Assembly: GCA_965261595.1 (NCBI GenBank)
Contig: CBDHDG010000007.1
Span: 1,216,001 to 1,280,000 of the forward strand
DNA from: a bacterium
Lineage (GTDB): Bacteria; UBA8248; JACPRG01; G963555815
DNA: 64,000 nt
Reading direction: 5' to 3'
The notes beneath the pieces were generated by a model, which saw only the letters and a list, made by a program, of their open reading frames with translations, searched no databases and was not told the origin of the DNA. How positions within the stretch are numbered: position 1 is the first letter of the stretch; each line of letters starts with the position of its first letter. A program made the position numbers and the translations under genes. Positions 41,979-51,698 of this stretch are shown here, in pieces.

Positions 41979-42307
41979 CTTATGCCCTGCGGAAACATCG
42001 GCAAGGGTTAACCTGTCAGGTTGAAAATTGCGACCGATCTCCGGTTTCAAATAATTTGTGCCGGGGGCATTACTTGCGGAAGAGGCGAGGGTATGAACTG
42101 CGTCCGATCCTTCCCGCCCATCGGAAATGGACCCCGGAAGAGGATCGGAAACTGCTTGATTTGATCCGGCATACCCCTGGCGGCGTGGGCCATGGTCCGT
42201 ATGGCGAGACGGCGGGGCTGGCCGATCATCTTTGTCGAACGAGTAACGGATTGCGCGCAAGGCTTGTCGTATTGAGACGACGGAAGAAAGAGGCGCTTGG
42301 CCTTTGA
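41979..42307 (+). CDS. Phage-like protein with CxxxxC...CxxH zinc motif and Myb-like WTPEED motif, 5' end cut by IS1380
   Basis: TCQVENCDR...LCRGHY and RKWTPEEDRKLL. Confidence 0.5.
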
Positions 42308-42386
42308 ACCCCCCTCTCCGTGGTGACCTATTGGTGACTCTCCATTTTATGATTCCCGCCAAATCCATGTAACTTATTGAAAAAAG

Positions 42387-42432
42387 GGAGCAGACTGGCG
42401 GATTTGAACCGCCGACCTACTGATTCTGAATC
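42387..42432 (-). other. tRNA 3'-half fragment (Thr-like); probable att junction
   Basis: GATTCAGAATCAGTAGGTCGGCGGTTCAAATCCGCCAGTCTGCTCC contains a T-arm and acceptor 3' strand, no 5' half; TGGTGAC direct repeats at 42321-42338. Confidence 0.7.
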
Positions 42433-42539
42433 CGGATGCCCCTTCGGGAACAGGAGGGCCCTATATTTTCCGGATTGTTCTGTGAGCTCAAGCTTAAGCT
42501 GATTTTTCCGCCGGCTCCTTCGGGAGAATTCGTTCCGGG

Positions 42540-43943
42540 TCCCCCGCTCTAGGGTTTTGTTGGACACTCGATTGATCCATGATTCATGGAGAAAGGGGTG
42601 TCGCGATGAACGAACAAAAGCAAGAGGGGGCTTTGGCGGAGGGCGCCCGCAGGGCGAACGGAGCCAAGGCCCCAGGGCATCGCAGTGAGCGGGGTCGGTT
42701 CTCCTGCCAGCGCAAGCGGGAGGCGGTCCTGCGTCTTTTGCGGGGCGAGAGCCTGGAGACGCTCTGCCGCGAGTTGGGCACGACAGCGGCTCGGCTTTCC
42801 GCCTGGCGCGAGGCGTTCCTTCGCGCGGGCGAGGCGGCGCTCAAAGCCCGCCCGGCGGATGAGCGGGACGAGGAGAACGCCCGGCTCAAGGCCAAGGTGG
42901 GCGAACTCACGATGGAGGGCGAGGTCCTGCGGGAGAAGATCGACCGCCTGGAGGCCGGCCGCCCTTTAGCCGGCAGGAGGTGGAGGCGATGAGTCAGGCC
43001 CGCTTCACCTCCACGGGCAGAGCCTACGGCCTGAAGCGGGTGTGCGCCCTTTGGGGCTTGGCGCGCTCCACGGTCTACGCGCAACGGCGGCGAGAGGCGG
43101 TCCCCGTTCATGAACGCCCCACGCCCAATAAGCGCGGCCCTGTGGGCCCGTGCACCGATGCGGAACTCCTCGGCCACATCCGGCAGGTCCTGGAGGACTC
43201 TCCCTTCCATGGCGAGGGCTACCGCAAGGTGTGGGCGAGGCTGCGCTTCGCGGGCATCCGCACCAGCAAGGAGCGGGTGCGTCGCCTGATGCGGGAGGCG
43301 GGGCTTCAGGCCCCCCACCGGGTGGGCAAACCCCGAGGTCCCAAGGCCCACAACGGGACCATCCGCACCGAGCGGCCCGACCGAATGTGGGGCACGGACA
43401 TGACGACGACGGTGACCACCGAGGAGGGGATGGCCTCGGTGTTCGTGGCGGTGGATCACTGCTCGGTGGACTGCGTGGGGATCCATGCGGCCAAGAGCGG
43501 CAACCGCTTCGAGGCCCTGGAGCCGATCCGGCAGGGGGTCGCCGAGCGCTTCGCCGGCTTGGAGGCGGACGTCGCCGAGGGGCTTAAAGTTCGTCACGAC
43601 CACGGCCCCGCCTATCTGTCCGATGACTTTCAGCGGGAGATCGCCTACCTGGGCATGACCAGTTCGCCCAGCTTCGTGCGGGCGCCCGAGGGAAATGGCT
43701 ACTGTGAGTGGTTTATCCGCATCTTGAAGGAGAATCTCCTGTGGGTGCGCTCTTTCGCCACCGTAGAGGAACTGCGGTGGGCGCTGCTTGAGTTCAAAAA
43801 CCTGTACAACCATCATTGGATTCTCGAGGGCTACGGCTACCGAACGCCGGCCCAGGCAAGGCAGGAAAAACTCGCTCAAGTTGCGGAGGCCGCATGAGGT
43901 CGAATACCCTCACCCGAGTGTCCAATAACCCAGGGGCGGTCCA
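42540..43943 (+). mobile_element. IS3-family element, copy B
   Basis: 1404 bp; 4-bp TSD CGGG. Confidence 0.95.
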
Positions 43944-44015
43944 CGGGTTCGTTCGGACACTTTACAGCGAAAGAGAGAGCACCGCGCTGGGAGAATCCAA
44001 TAGCGGTGCGCCTTC

Positions 44016-45011
44016 CTATAGGTCCATCGAGCGCCCCAGTCCCTGGGCGGAGGCCCGCTCGAAAACAAAGTGCGCGAGAGCGATGTCCTGTGTGATCATC
44101 CCCTGGGGAACCGCGAGAATGATTTCCTCCTCCCGCTCGCGGCCCGCGGACTTCCCTGAAACAACGTCCCCAAGCTCCGCATGAAGGCCGGATTCCATAA
44201 AAGCGCCGCTCTTCAGACCCGCCGCCAGGTCGCCCCAGAGCTTGCACTTCTCCCAGTCATCCGGAATCACCTTATCGATTCGTTTGAACACCTCGGGGTC
44301 AAGCTCCTGATGGGTCCCCATGGAAAGGACGAGGGATCCTGCCTCCAGGAGACGAGCGGGCACAAGGGGCGCGTCGGCGGTGGTGGCGGTCACAACGACG
44401 TCGGCCCCGTCGAGGGCTTCATCGACCGTGTCCACCGGATGCGCCTGAATCCCCAGCTCCCGCCCCATCCGGGTGGAAAAGGCCTCCCTGCTTTCCGGGC
44501 GGCGGGACGTTACAAAGACCTCCGCGATCGGCAGGATTTCACAGAGCGCCATGAGAACCGTGCGCGCCATCAGTCCGGCCCCGACCATCCCCACCCGGCG
44601 GCTGTCCGGGCGTGCCAGGAATTTCGCCGCCACCCCGGCCTCGGCCCCGGTCCGCAGGAACCAGCTCCACGTCTCGTCAATCATGGCAATGGGTCTGCAC
44701 GTCTCCAAATCGATCAGAAGGATGTAGCGAAAAGACTCCGGCAGACCCCGGCCGGGGTTATCCGAATTCGCCGCCGCACAGCGAAAGCCCATGACCGATT
44801 ACTTCTTGAGTCCGCACATTTTCGAAAAGAAGTAGTGATGTCCCTCCGTCCTCGGAAGCCATAGCTGCATCATGCGGCCCTGAGGATAGAGGGCGTTTTC
44901 CTCCGTCGTCGTCACCACGAAGTCCTCCTCCACCAGGCGGAGGGCCGTTGGCATATCCAACAGTTTTTCGGCACCGGCGTTCGGAATGTACAGAAGCTTG
45001 AAATCGGCCAT
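44016..45011 (-). pseudogene. Ornithine cyclodeaminase / mu-crystallin family, in-frame TAA at 44799-44801
   Basis: ...KMCGLKK*SVMGFR... in one frame; LRTGA, GAGLMA, ADVVVTAT, QDIALA. Confidence 0.85.
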
Positions 45012-45062
45012 CCGGAAACTCCTCTAGCGCGAGCGGCGCCTCATCAAACGTTTCTCCGCGGA

Positions 45063-45917
45063 TCAGAGGGGGGGCTCCACTTCCTGATGCAAGGTGATGG
45101 GCAGGTGGCGGAAGCGCTCCACGATCTCCACCGTATTCCGGACGATGACCTCGTGCACCTTCCGCCCCTTTTCCGCCGTGGCGGTGGTGGGGTCTCCTTC
45201 GACCCCCGAGGGTCTGTCTTTCGGCTCCAATTCTCCCGTCCGGAGCGATACCCCCTGTCGAAATTCCCGCCAGGTGTTCTTGATGGAAACGCGATTTCCT
45301 TCCAGCTCCGGATCCAGCATCAGGAAGGAAAAGGAATACTTGTCCTGTTGAGACCCCATGGATTTTTCGGCGTGCTCCATCTCCACAAGCTCAGGCGCAT
45401 AGTGGAGCATGGCGGAGGTCTCGATCTCGCAGGCATGACCGATTCCGCCCGGGGGAGACTCGCTCAATTCCTTCACTTCCAGAAAGGCGACCAGCGCGAG
45501 GTCCACGGTACAGATGAACGCCCCGGTGCGGTTCCGAAGCCGCGTGGCGACGATCTCCGCCGGGGGCAGGTTGAAGATGCGGTGTCCATTCAGAATGAAG
45601 ATCTTCCGGAAGCCTTGGAAAATCAAACTCTGGCAGACGTCTTCGATCACGGCGGCGAGAGTCTCGGGACGAAGGGTGAGGGTCCCCGGAAAGGCCATGT
45701 GGTGGGGGGTCCAACCGTAAGGAAGTGGAGGGGCCGCAAGGACCCCGGTCCGCTCCGCCACGGCCCGGGCCACTTCCGTTGCCTCCACCGTGTCGGTCTT
45801 CAACGGCAGGTGCCGGCCGTGCTGCTCGGTGCTTCCGAGGGGGAGCAATATGGTATCGTTGTTTTCGAGGTAGGCCTCGACTTCGGGCCACCGCAGATCA
45901 TGGAGCCAGACTTTCAT
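45063..45917 (-). CDS. Creatininase-family amidohydrolase
   Basis: PLGSTEQHGRHLPLKTD, NGH, GHACEIETS. Confidence 0.9.
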   Translation of the reverse strand: MKVWLHDLRWPEVEAYLENNDTILLPLGSTEQHGRHLPLKTDTVEATEVARAVAERTGVLAAPPLPYGWTPHHMAFPGTLTLRPETLAAVIEDVCQSLIFQGFRKIFILNGHRIFNLPPAEIVATRLRNRTGAFICTVDLALVAFLEVKELSESPPGGIGHACEIETSAMLHYAPELVEMEHAEKSMGSQQDKYSFSFLMLDPELEGNRVSIKNTWREFRQGVSLRTGELEPKDRPSGVEGDPTTATAEKGRKVHEVIVRNTVEIVERFRHLPITLHQEVEPPL

Positions 45918-45949
45918 AGAGGCTTCCTCCCAAGATCAAGAGAAGGGAA

Positions 45950-47152
45950 ATGCCAAGGCCAAAACCTTCCCGCCGGGGCCGGGAGATCGAATGCACTCCG
46001 ATCATCGACCTGGAAAATCGACGCATGAAACTTGTGCGCGAGGGGAAAGACATCGTGAATTTCGCCGGTGGAGAGTTCGACCTTCCCACCCCCGACGCCA
46101 TCATCGAAGAGGGCGTGAAGGCGCTTCGTGAGGGTTTTACCCGCTACACGGAAGACGCCGGCCTGCCCGAGCTTCGAGAGGCGTTGTGTCAAAAATTCGC
46201 CCATGAAAACAGGATTCACTATACAACGGATGAGGTGCTGATTACGCCGGGCTCGAAGTTCGCACTCTATACGGCCTTGCAGGTCCTTTGCGAGCCCAGC
46301 GATGAAATCCTTATCCCGGCCCCTTTTTGGCCGACGTACAAAGAGCAGATTCTCCTCGCGAGAGGTCGTCCGCGGGTCATTTCCCTGTCCCGAGAGAACC
46401 ATTTCAAGCTTACGCCTGAGGCCCTGTTGGGAAGCCTGACAGAGAAGGCCCGGGTTCTTATTCTGAATAATCCGGTCAACCCCACCGGCGCCGTATACAC
46501 GCGTGCGGAGCTTGAAGCCCTGGCGGAAATCATCGTGCGCGAGGGCCTGTTCGTCATCGTGGATGAAATTTATGAACACCTCGTCTTTGAGGTGCCCGGG
46601 CATGTCTCCCTCGCGTCACTCGGCGAGGATATCCACTCCCAGACCATTACGGTGGGGGGATGGTCGAAGAATTTCTCAATGACGGGCTGGCGCATCGGCT
46701 TTGCCGCGGGGCCTCGCGATGTGGTTTCCGCGATGAAGGGGATCCAGAGTCAAGTGACCTCCTGCGCAAACGCCGCTGCGCAGAAGGCCGCGGTCATTGC
46801 CCTTTCGGGCGGGCCCGTGCGCGAACTCAAAGAAACCCTTCGTGTCCGAAGGGATGCCTTGCTGGACGGCCTGGAAAACCTCCCGGGGCTTTCCCCTCTT
46901 TTTCCATCAGCGGGGTTTTACATTTTCGTCGAGGTCTCCCCGGAGCTTGGCTTCGAGCGGAAGGGCAAGGGGAAAGCACCCGTCGATTCGGCTTCACTTG
47001 CGAATGCGCTCTTGGAAGAGGCTTCGGTGTCGTTATTGCCAGGTTCCATTTTCGAGGCGGAAGGATACCTCCGGCTCACATTCGCCCCGACTCCGTTGTC
47101 TCGAATCGAAGAAGGCGTGAACCGTCTTCGGACCTTTTTCGCATCGAAGTAA
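45950..47152 (+). CDS. Class I PLP-dependent aminotransferase (aspartate aminotransferase-like)
   Basis: NNPVNPTG, DEIYE, SKNFSMTGWRIG. Confidence 0.92.
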   Translation: MPRPKPSRRGREIECTPIIDLENRRMKLVREGKDIVNFAGGEFDLPTPDAIIEEGVKALREGFTRYTEDAGLPELREALCQKFAHENRIHYTTDEVLITPGSKFALYTALQVLCEPSDEILIPAPFWPTYKEQILLARGRPRVISLSRENHFKLTPEALLGSLTEKARVLILNNPVNPTGAVYTRAELEALAEIIVREGLFVIVDEIYEHLVFEVPGHVSLASLGEDIHSQTITVGGWSKNFSMTGWRIGFAAGPRDVVSAMKGIQSQVTSCANAAAQKAAVIALSGGPVRELKETLRVRRDALLDGLENLPGLSPLFPSAGFYIFVEVSPELGFERKGKGKAPVDSASLANALLEEASVSLLPGSIFEAEGYLRLTFAPTPLSRIEEGVNRLRTFFASK

Positions 47153-47630
47153 ACCCTGGACCGCGCGACGGGAAACGTTCGTCCAATCACCGCATTCAGG
47201 GTTGACCTGTCTTCCCGAAACCGGTCCAGGCGGTGGACTTGCCTGTTTTTTCCCAGTTTCCGTGGGAATCTCACGATCTTTCTCGCTTGAAATCGTGGTT
47301 TCCGATATCTCACGGGATAACCTTCTCTTTTCCGGCAAGCACTCCTTGCGATCCGCTGGCCGGTGGCCAAAATTAGTGATAGATTTGTGAATCCGGTGAG
47401 TGTCAATGTAACATCTGACTCTCCTGAAACTCGCTATGGGAAAATGAAAGCCTGGATGGGTCGTGGCTTTGTTGTTCCGCGCGGTCGCCCGCGAACTGTG
47501 GGTCCGCTGTTTGCGAATTCTCAGTGCGGAGAGTTAGGTTGCCGGCGACTGATGCCGCCGCCAAGAACGGCCATGGAAACTCGCGAAGTCTCGGGGTTCC
47601 ACAAAGATTCGTCTCAAGTGAGTGATCACC

Positions 47631-47722
47631 GGAGAGGTGACCGAGCGGTTGAAGGTGCACGACTGGAAATCGTGTAGGCGGGTAAAACTGCCTCGAGGGT
47701 TCGAATCCCTCCCTCTCCGCCA
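47631..47722 (+). tRNA. tRNA-Ser(GGA)
   Basis: Acceptor GGAGAGG/CCTCTCC, anticodon arm CACGA-CTGGAAA-TCGTG, long variable arm, GGTTCGAATCC, encoded CCA. Confidence 0.96.
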
Positions 47723-47733
47723 GAAAACCCAAT

Positions 47734-48008
47734 GGGTCGTGCTAGGCGGGGCGTTAGCGGTGCCCTGTCGCCCGAAATCCGCTACATGCGGGGCTGAATC
47801 CCCCATGGCGGCCGAATCGTTCGGGTGGATGATCCCGGGTGGAAGGCGTCGAAGGCCGGGTCTTGTGCGACGGGTTGCCTGCGAACCCCGTCAGATCCGG
47901 AAGGAAGCAGCGGTAAGCAATGCGTTCCGTGCGCCGCGAGGTTGCCTGGCCTGAGCCGACCACCCTGGACGCCTCCGGACGGGACGGTCAATGTGGGGTG
48001 CACGACCC
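47734..48008 (+). ncRNA. ffs: Large bacterial SRP RNA (with Alu domain)
   Basis: TCAGATCCGGAAGGAAGCAGC S-domain; Alu-like GTGCTAGGCGGGGCGTTAGCGGTGCCCTGT; termini GGGTCGTGC/GCACGACCC pair; lies upstream of dnaX. Confidence 0.92.
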
Positions 48009-48127
48009 TTGACCCCGCGGTGGGCCGGTCCTGCCTCCCGGCCGGCGTTGATGTAGCCGGATCCGGGAGTCGGCCGGGACTCCCCCCCGCTCCCTGAACC
48101 CGCTCCCCGGAAAAGGCGTTCCGCTCC

Positions 48128-50065
48128 GTGGCCTACCAGGTGACCGCCAGAAAGTACCGGCCCCAGACCTTCGAGGGGCTCACCGGCCAGGATCACGTCC
48201 GGCGGACGTTGCAGAACGCCCTTCGCAAAAACCGCATCGCGCACGCGTACATCTTCTCGGGCCCCCGCGGCGTGGGGAAAACGACCGTCGCCCGGCTGCT
48301 CGCCAAGGCGGTCAACTGCGAAGTCCGCGCCGCGGCCGAGGCGGAGGGCAAGCCCCTCCCGGTCGAGCCCTGCGACCAGTGCTCTTCCTGCCTGGAGATC
48401 ATCCAGGACCGCCATCCCGACGTATTGGAGATCGACGGGGCCTCCAACACCGGCGTGGACCACATCCGGGATCTGCGGGAGAAGGTGCGGTACGCGCCCG
48501 CCCGGGGCGGGCGCAAGGTCTATGTGATTGATGAAGTCCATATGCTTTCCAAGGGCGCGTTCAACGCCCTGTTGAAGACCCTGGAGGAGCCCCCGGAGGG
48601 CGTCATCTTCATCTTCTCCACGACGGAGCCCGAAAGAATTCCGGCCACCATCAGCTCCCGCTGCCAGTGCTTCGACTTCCACCGCCTGCCCCCCGTCGTC
48701 ATCATCGAGCAGCTCGCCCGGATTGCGGAAGGCGAGCGGATCGACATCGAACAGAACGCCCTCCACCTGATCGCGCGCACCGCCGACGGCAGCATGCGGG
48801 ACGCCCAAAGCCTGTTCGATCAGGTTGTCGCGTACACGGGGGGGGGGGAGGGAGGAGGGGGGGAAGAGCGGGGCCGGACGCTGACGGAGGAGAAGGTCTC
48901 CGACGCCCTCGGTCTCGTTTCCGGATCGATCGTCCGGAAGGTCGCCGACGCGATCGCGCGCGACGAGACCCAGGGGCTGCTCGAAGCGGTGCGGGACATT
49001 TTCCGTGAAGGTCAGGACCTGAAGCAGTTTTGCATTTCCCTCATGAGTTTTTTCCGCGATCTTCTCGTGGCGGAGATGGTCTCGGCGGGGGGAGGGGGGG
49101 GAGACCATCCGGACCCGTCCGCGTTGCTGGACCTGACGCCCGAGGAAGCGGGGGAGTTGACGGCCTTGGCGAAGACCTTCGGCCGGGAAAGGCTGCACCG
49201 GTGCTTCCGGATAGCGATGGACCTCGAGCGCGACGTCCGCCTGGCCGCGAGTCCCCAGCCGGTTCTGGAGATGTCTCTGCTTCGCATGGCCGGCCTCAGG
49301 CCCTCGGTCTCCCTCGAAGCGGTCATGAAAAAGCTCGGCGAGGTCGAGGCCGCCCTCGGGGGAGAGAGGGGAGGGGGGGGGGAGTCGGGTGAGGAACGGC
49401 GCGCAACGGCCGAAACGGAGGAGAAATCCGAGACCGCTTCCCGCGTGGAAGCCGGGACCGCCCCCGGCGTGGAAGAAGATGCGGCCGCCTTAGAGGACGC
49501 CGCTCCTCTCCCTCCGCCCGGCGGTTCTGCCGGCGCCAGTTCTGCCGGCGGTAGTTCGACCGGCGGCGGGACGCCCGACGCCGTTTCGCCTGAAGCCGGC
49601 CCGCCTCCGGCGCCCGACGGGGGGGGGGAGGACCAGCGGGGGCTTTGGCAAAGGCTCCTGCACGAGGTGGGGCAATCCAAAAAGGCGGTCTTGCATTATC
49701 TGGAAGGCGGAAACCTGGTCTCGACAGACCGGGGCGAGGTGAAGATCGGGGTCATTCGACACAACCTCCTGCGCGCGCAAACCAATCAGGTTGTCATCAT
49801 GGAGGCCGTCCGGCGGATTTGGGGCGAGGGGAACAAGGTTGTGCTGGTCCCGGTCGCGGAGGCCGAGGACGCCGGCCCGGCTGGCGGATCCCCCGATAAC
49901 GGTGTTCGCGCGGCCGGTCCCGCGGAGTCGGGAACCGATCCGCTCAAGCTCATGGGAGACATCTTTCGGGACGCGGATGAAATCTTCGGCGACACCGGGG
50001 ACGGGTCCGAAGGCGGCGGCGAGCCCCCAGGCGGCGCGCCCCCCGACGCGTCCCGCGCCGACTAG
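48128..50065 (+). CDS. dnaX: DNA polymerase III subunit gamma/tau
   Basis: [35 protein letters not shown]. Confidence 0.96.
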   Translation: MAYQVTARKYRPQTFEGLTGQDHVRRTLQNALRKNRIAHAYIFSGPRGVGKTTVARLLAKAVNCEVRAAAEAEGKPLPVEPCDQCSSCLEIIQDRHPDVLEIDGASNTGVDHIRDLREKVRYAPARGGRKVYVIDEVHMLSKGAFNALLKTLEEPPEGVIFIFSTTEPERIPATISSRCQCFDFHRLPPVVIIEQLARIAEGERIDIEQNALHLIARTADGSMRDAQSLFDQVVAYTGGGEGGGGEERGRTLTEEKVSDALGLVSGSIVRKVADAIARDETQGLLEAVRDIFREGQDLKQFCISLMSFFRDLLVAEMVSAGGGGGDHPDPSALLDLTPEEAGELTALAKTFGRERLHRCFRIAMDLERDVRLAASPQPVLEMSLLRMAGLRPSVSLEAVMKKLGEVEAALGGERGGGGESGEERRATAETEEKSETASRVEAGTAPGVEEDAAALEDAAPLPPPGGSAGASSAGGSSTGGGTPDAVSPEAGPPPAPDGGGEDQRGLWQRLLHEVGQSKKAVLHYLEGGNLVSTDRGEVKIGVIRHNLLRAQTNQVVIMEAVRRIWGEGNKVVLVPVAEAEDAGPAGGSPDNGVRAAGPAESGTDPLKLMGDIFRDADEIFGDTGDGSEGGGEPPGGAPPDASRAD

Positions 50066-50135
50066 CGCTTCCCCCCCCCTCCACCTCCACTTTCCGGCGG
50101 GAGAGGCTTCGAAAACGCGAGGAGATGACCGGAAC

Positions 50136-50459
50136 ATGGCCCGTCAATTCGGAAACATGGGAAACATGATGAAACAGGCCCAGAAGCTCCAGGCCGACAT
50201 GGAGCGGCTTCAGGAGGAGCTGGGCAGCCAATCCGTAGAGGGCACGGCCGGAGGCGGTATGGTCAAGGCCGTCGTCACCGGAAAGCAGGAGGTCGTCTCC
50301 ATCGCGATCGAAAAGGAGGTCGTGGACCCGGAGGACGTGGAGATGCTCCAGGATCTCGTCACTGCCGCCGTGAACGAGGCCCTGCGCAAGTCCAGAGACA
50401 TGATGACCGAGCAGATGTCGAAGCTGACGGGAGGGATGAATATTCCGGGGCTGACGTAG
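50136..50459 (+). CDS. ybaB: YbaB/EbfC nucleoid-associated protein
   Basis: MMKQAQKLQ...AGGGMVK...DVEMLQDLV; dnaX-ybaB-recR synteny. Confidence 0.93.
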   Translation: MARQFGNMGNMMKQAQKLQADMERLQEELGSQSVEGTAGGGMVKAVVTGKQEVVSIAIEKEVVDPEDVEMLQDLVTAAVNEALRKSRDMMTEQMSKLTGGMNIPGLT

Positions 50460-50507
50460 TGTCGTATCTCGGAGGTGACTTCACGAATTCCGTACCTCCT
50501 CAAAGAA

Positions 50508-50729
50508 GGGTGCCACTGGCGGCTTGTCCGCCAGTGCCGCATCATTTTGCGGGAAATCCAAAGGGCATCCCGTTACCTGAATCTTATTGAAAATAGTCCT
50601 GAGACGAGATACCAGGACTGCTTCAGGAGAGTGCTTTGCGCTACGATGGGGTCGCGCCATTTATGCCTCGGAAGGGGGCGATGGTTCTGACAGAAGGAGG
50701 CACTGGCAGGCCAGCTGCCAGTGGCGCCC
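50508..50729. repeat. Inverted pair of REP-like palindromes
   Basis: gggtgccactggcggcttgtccgccagtgcc (50508-50538) and inverted gggcgccactggcagctggcctgccagtgcc (50699-50729). Confidence 0.65.
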
Positions 50730-50915
50730 GTTCTTAAAAACAATGACTGTTATTCCGGTGAGCCGGCCCCGAGCCTTGCGTGAGAGGGCAGCGAGGAATC
50801 CGCTTAACGGATTGGTCCGCGGGCGCCCAGGTGTCCATACAGGAATAGCGGGTGGGTGTGATGACCTGCCCATTTCTTTCGCGGCGTCGAAGGCGGCGAC
50901 TGAAAGGTTCTCCCC

Positions 50916-51512
50916 TTGGATCCATTCCCCGCTATCCGGTCTTTGGTGAACGAGCTTCGGAAGCTTCCCGGCATTGGGCCGAAGAGCGCGCAGCGGATGG
51001 CCTTCCATCTCCTCAAGCGCGACCGCGCGGAGGTCGAGGCCCTGGCGTCGGCCCTCCGGGAGATGAAAGAGAAGGTCCGGTTCTGCACCCGGTGCCACGG
51101 GATCGCCGAGGGGGAGCTTTGCGCGTATTGCGCGGACCCCGAAAGGGATGCGTCCCTGATCTGCGTCGTCGAGGAGCCGGCGGACGTATTCGCCGTCGAG
51201 AAGACCGGTGAGTTTCACGGCCGGTATCACGTCCTGATGGGTGCGCTTTCTCCCCTGGACGGCATCGGCCCCGAGGAGTTGACCATCGCCTCCCTGGAGC
51301 GGCGGGTCGAGGCCGAGGGGATCAAAGAGACCATCATCGCGACCAACCCCAACATGGAGGGCGACGCGACGGCCATGTACCTGTCGAAGCGTCTTGCGCC
51401 CAAGGGCGTCCGGGTTTCCCGAATCGCGCGCGGAATTCCTGTGGGCGCTTCTCTGGAATTCGCCGACGAGGTGACGCTCTCGCGCTCGCTGGAGGGGAGA
51501 CGGGAGATTTGA
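50916..51512 (+). CDS. recR: Recombination protein RecR
   Basis: LPGIGPKSAQR, C4 zinc finger, ICVVE, ATNPNMEGDATA. Confidence 0.96.
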   Translation: MDPFPAIRSLVNELRKLPGIGPKSAQRMAFHLLKRDRAEVEALASALREMKEKVRFCTRCHGIAEGELCAYCADPERDASLICVVEEPADVFAVEKTGEFHGRYHVLMGALSPLDGIGPEELTIASLERRVEAEGIKETIIATNPNMEGDATAMYLSKRLAPKGVRVSRIARGIPVGASLEFADEVTLSRSLEGRREI

Positions 51513-51698
51513 TCCCGATACAACTCTGTTGCCGCGCGAAATGTTTCACAGGGCGCCGGGAGGGTTTCCGGTGCGAACGGGCCTCGCGGACCGAGCCGGG
51601 GCGCGTTTTTCAAAAAACCCCCCGTCCCCCTCCACCCCCCTCCGCGTCTTATGGGATAAAATCCCGGTTACGGCCTCTGAATTGAAAAGGGATCCGGC

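Noticed and set aside
42387..42432. Functional tRNA with CAG anticodon
   Set aside because: No 5' acceptor strand or D-arm, and the anticodon stem is broken; treated as an att remnant
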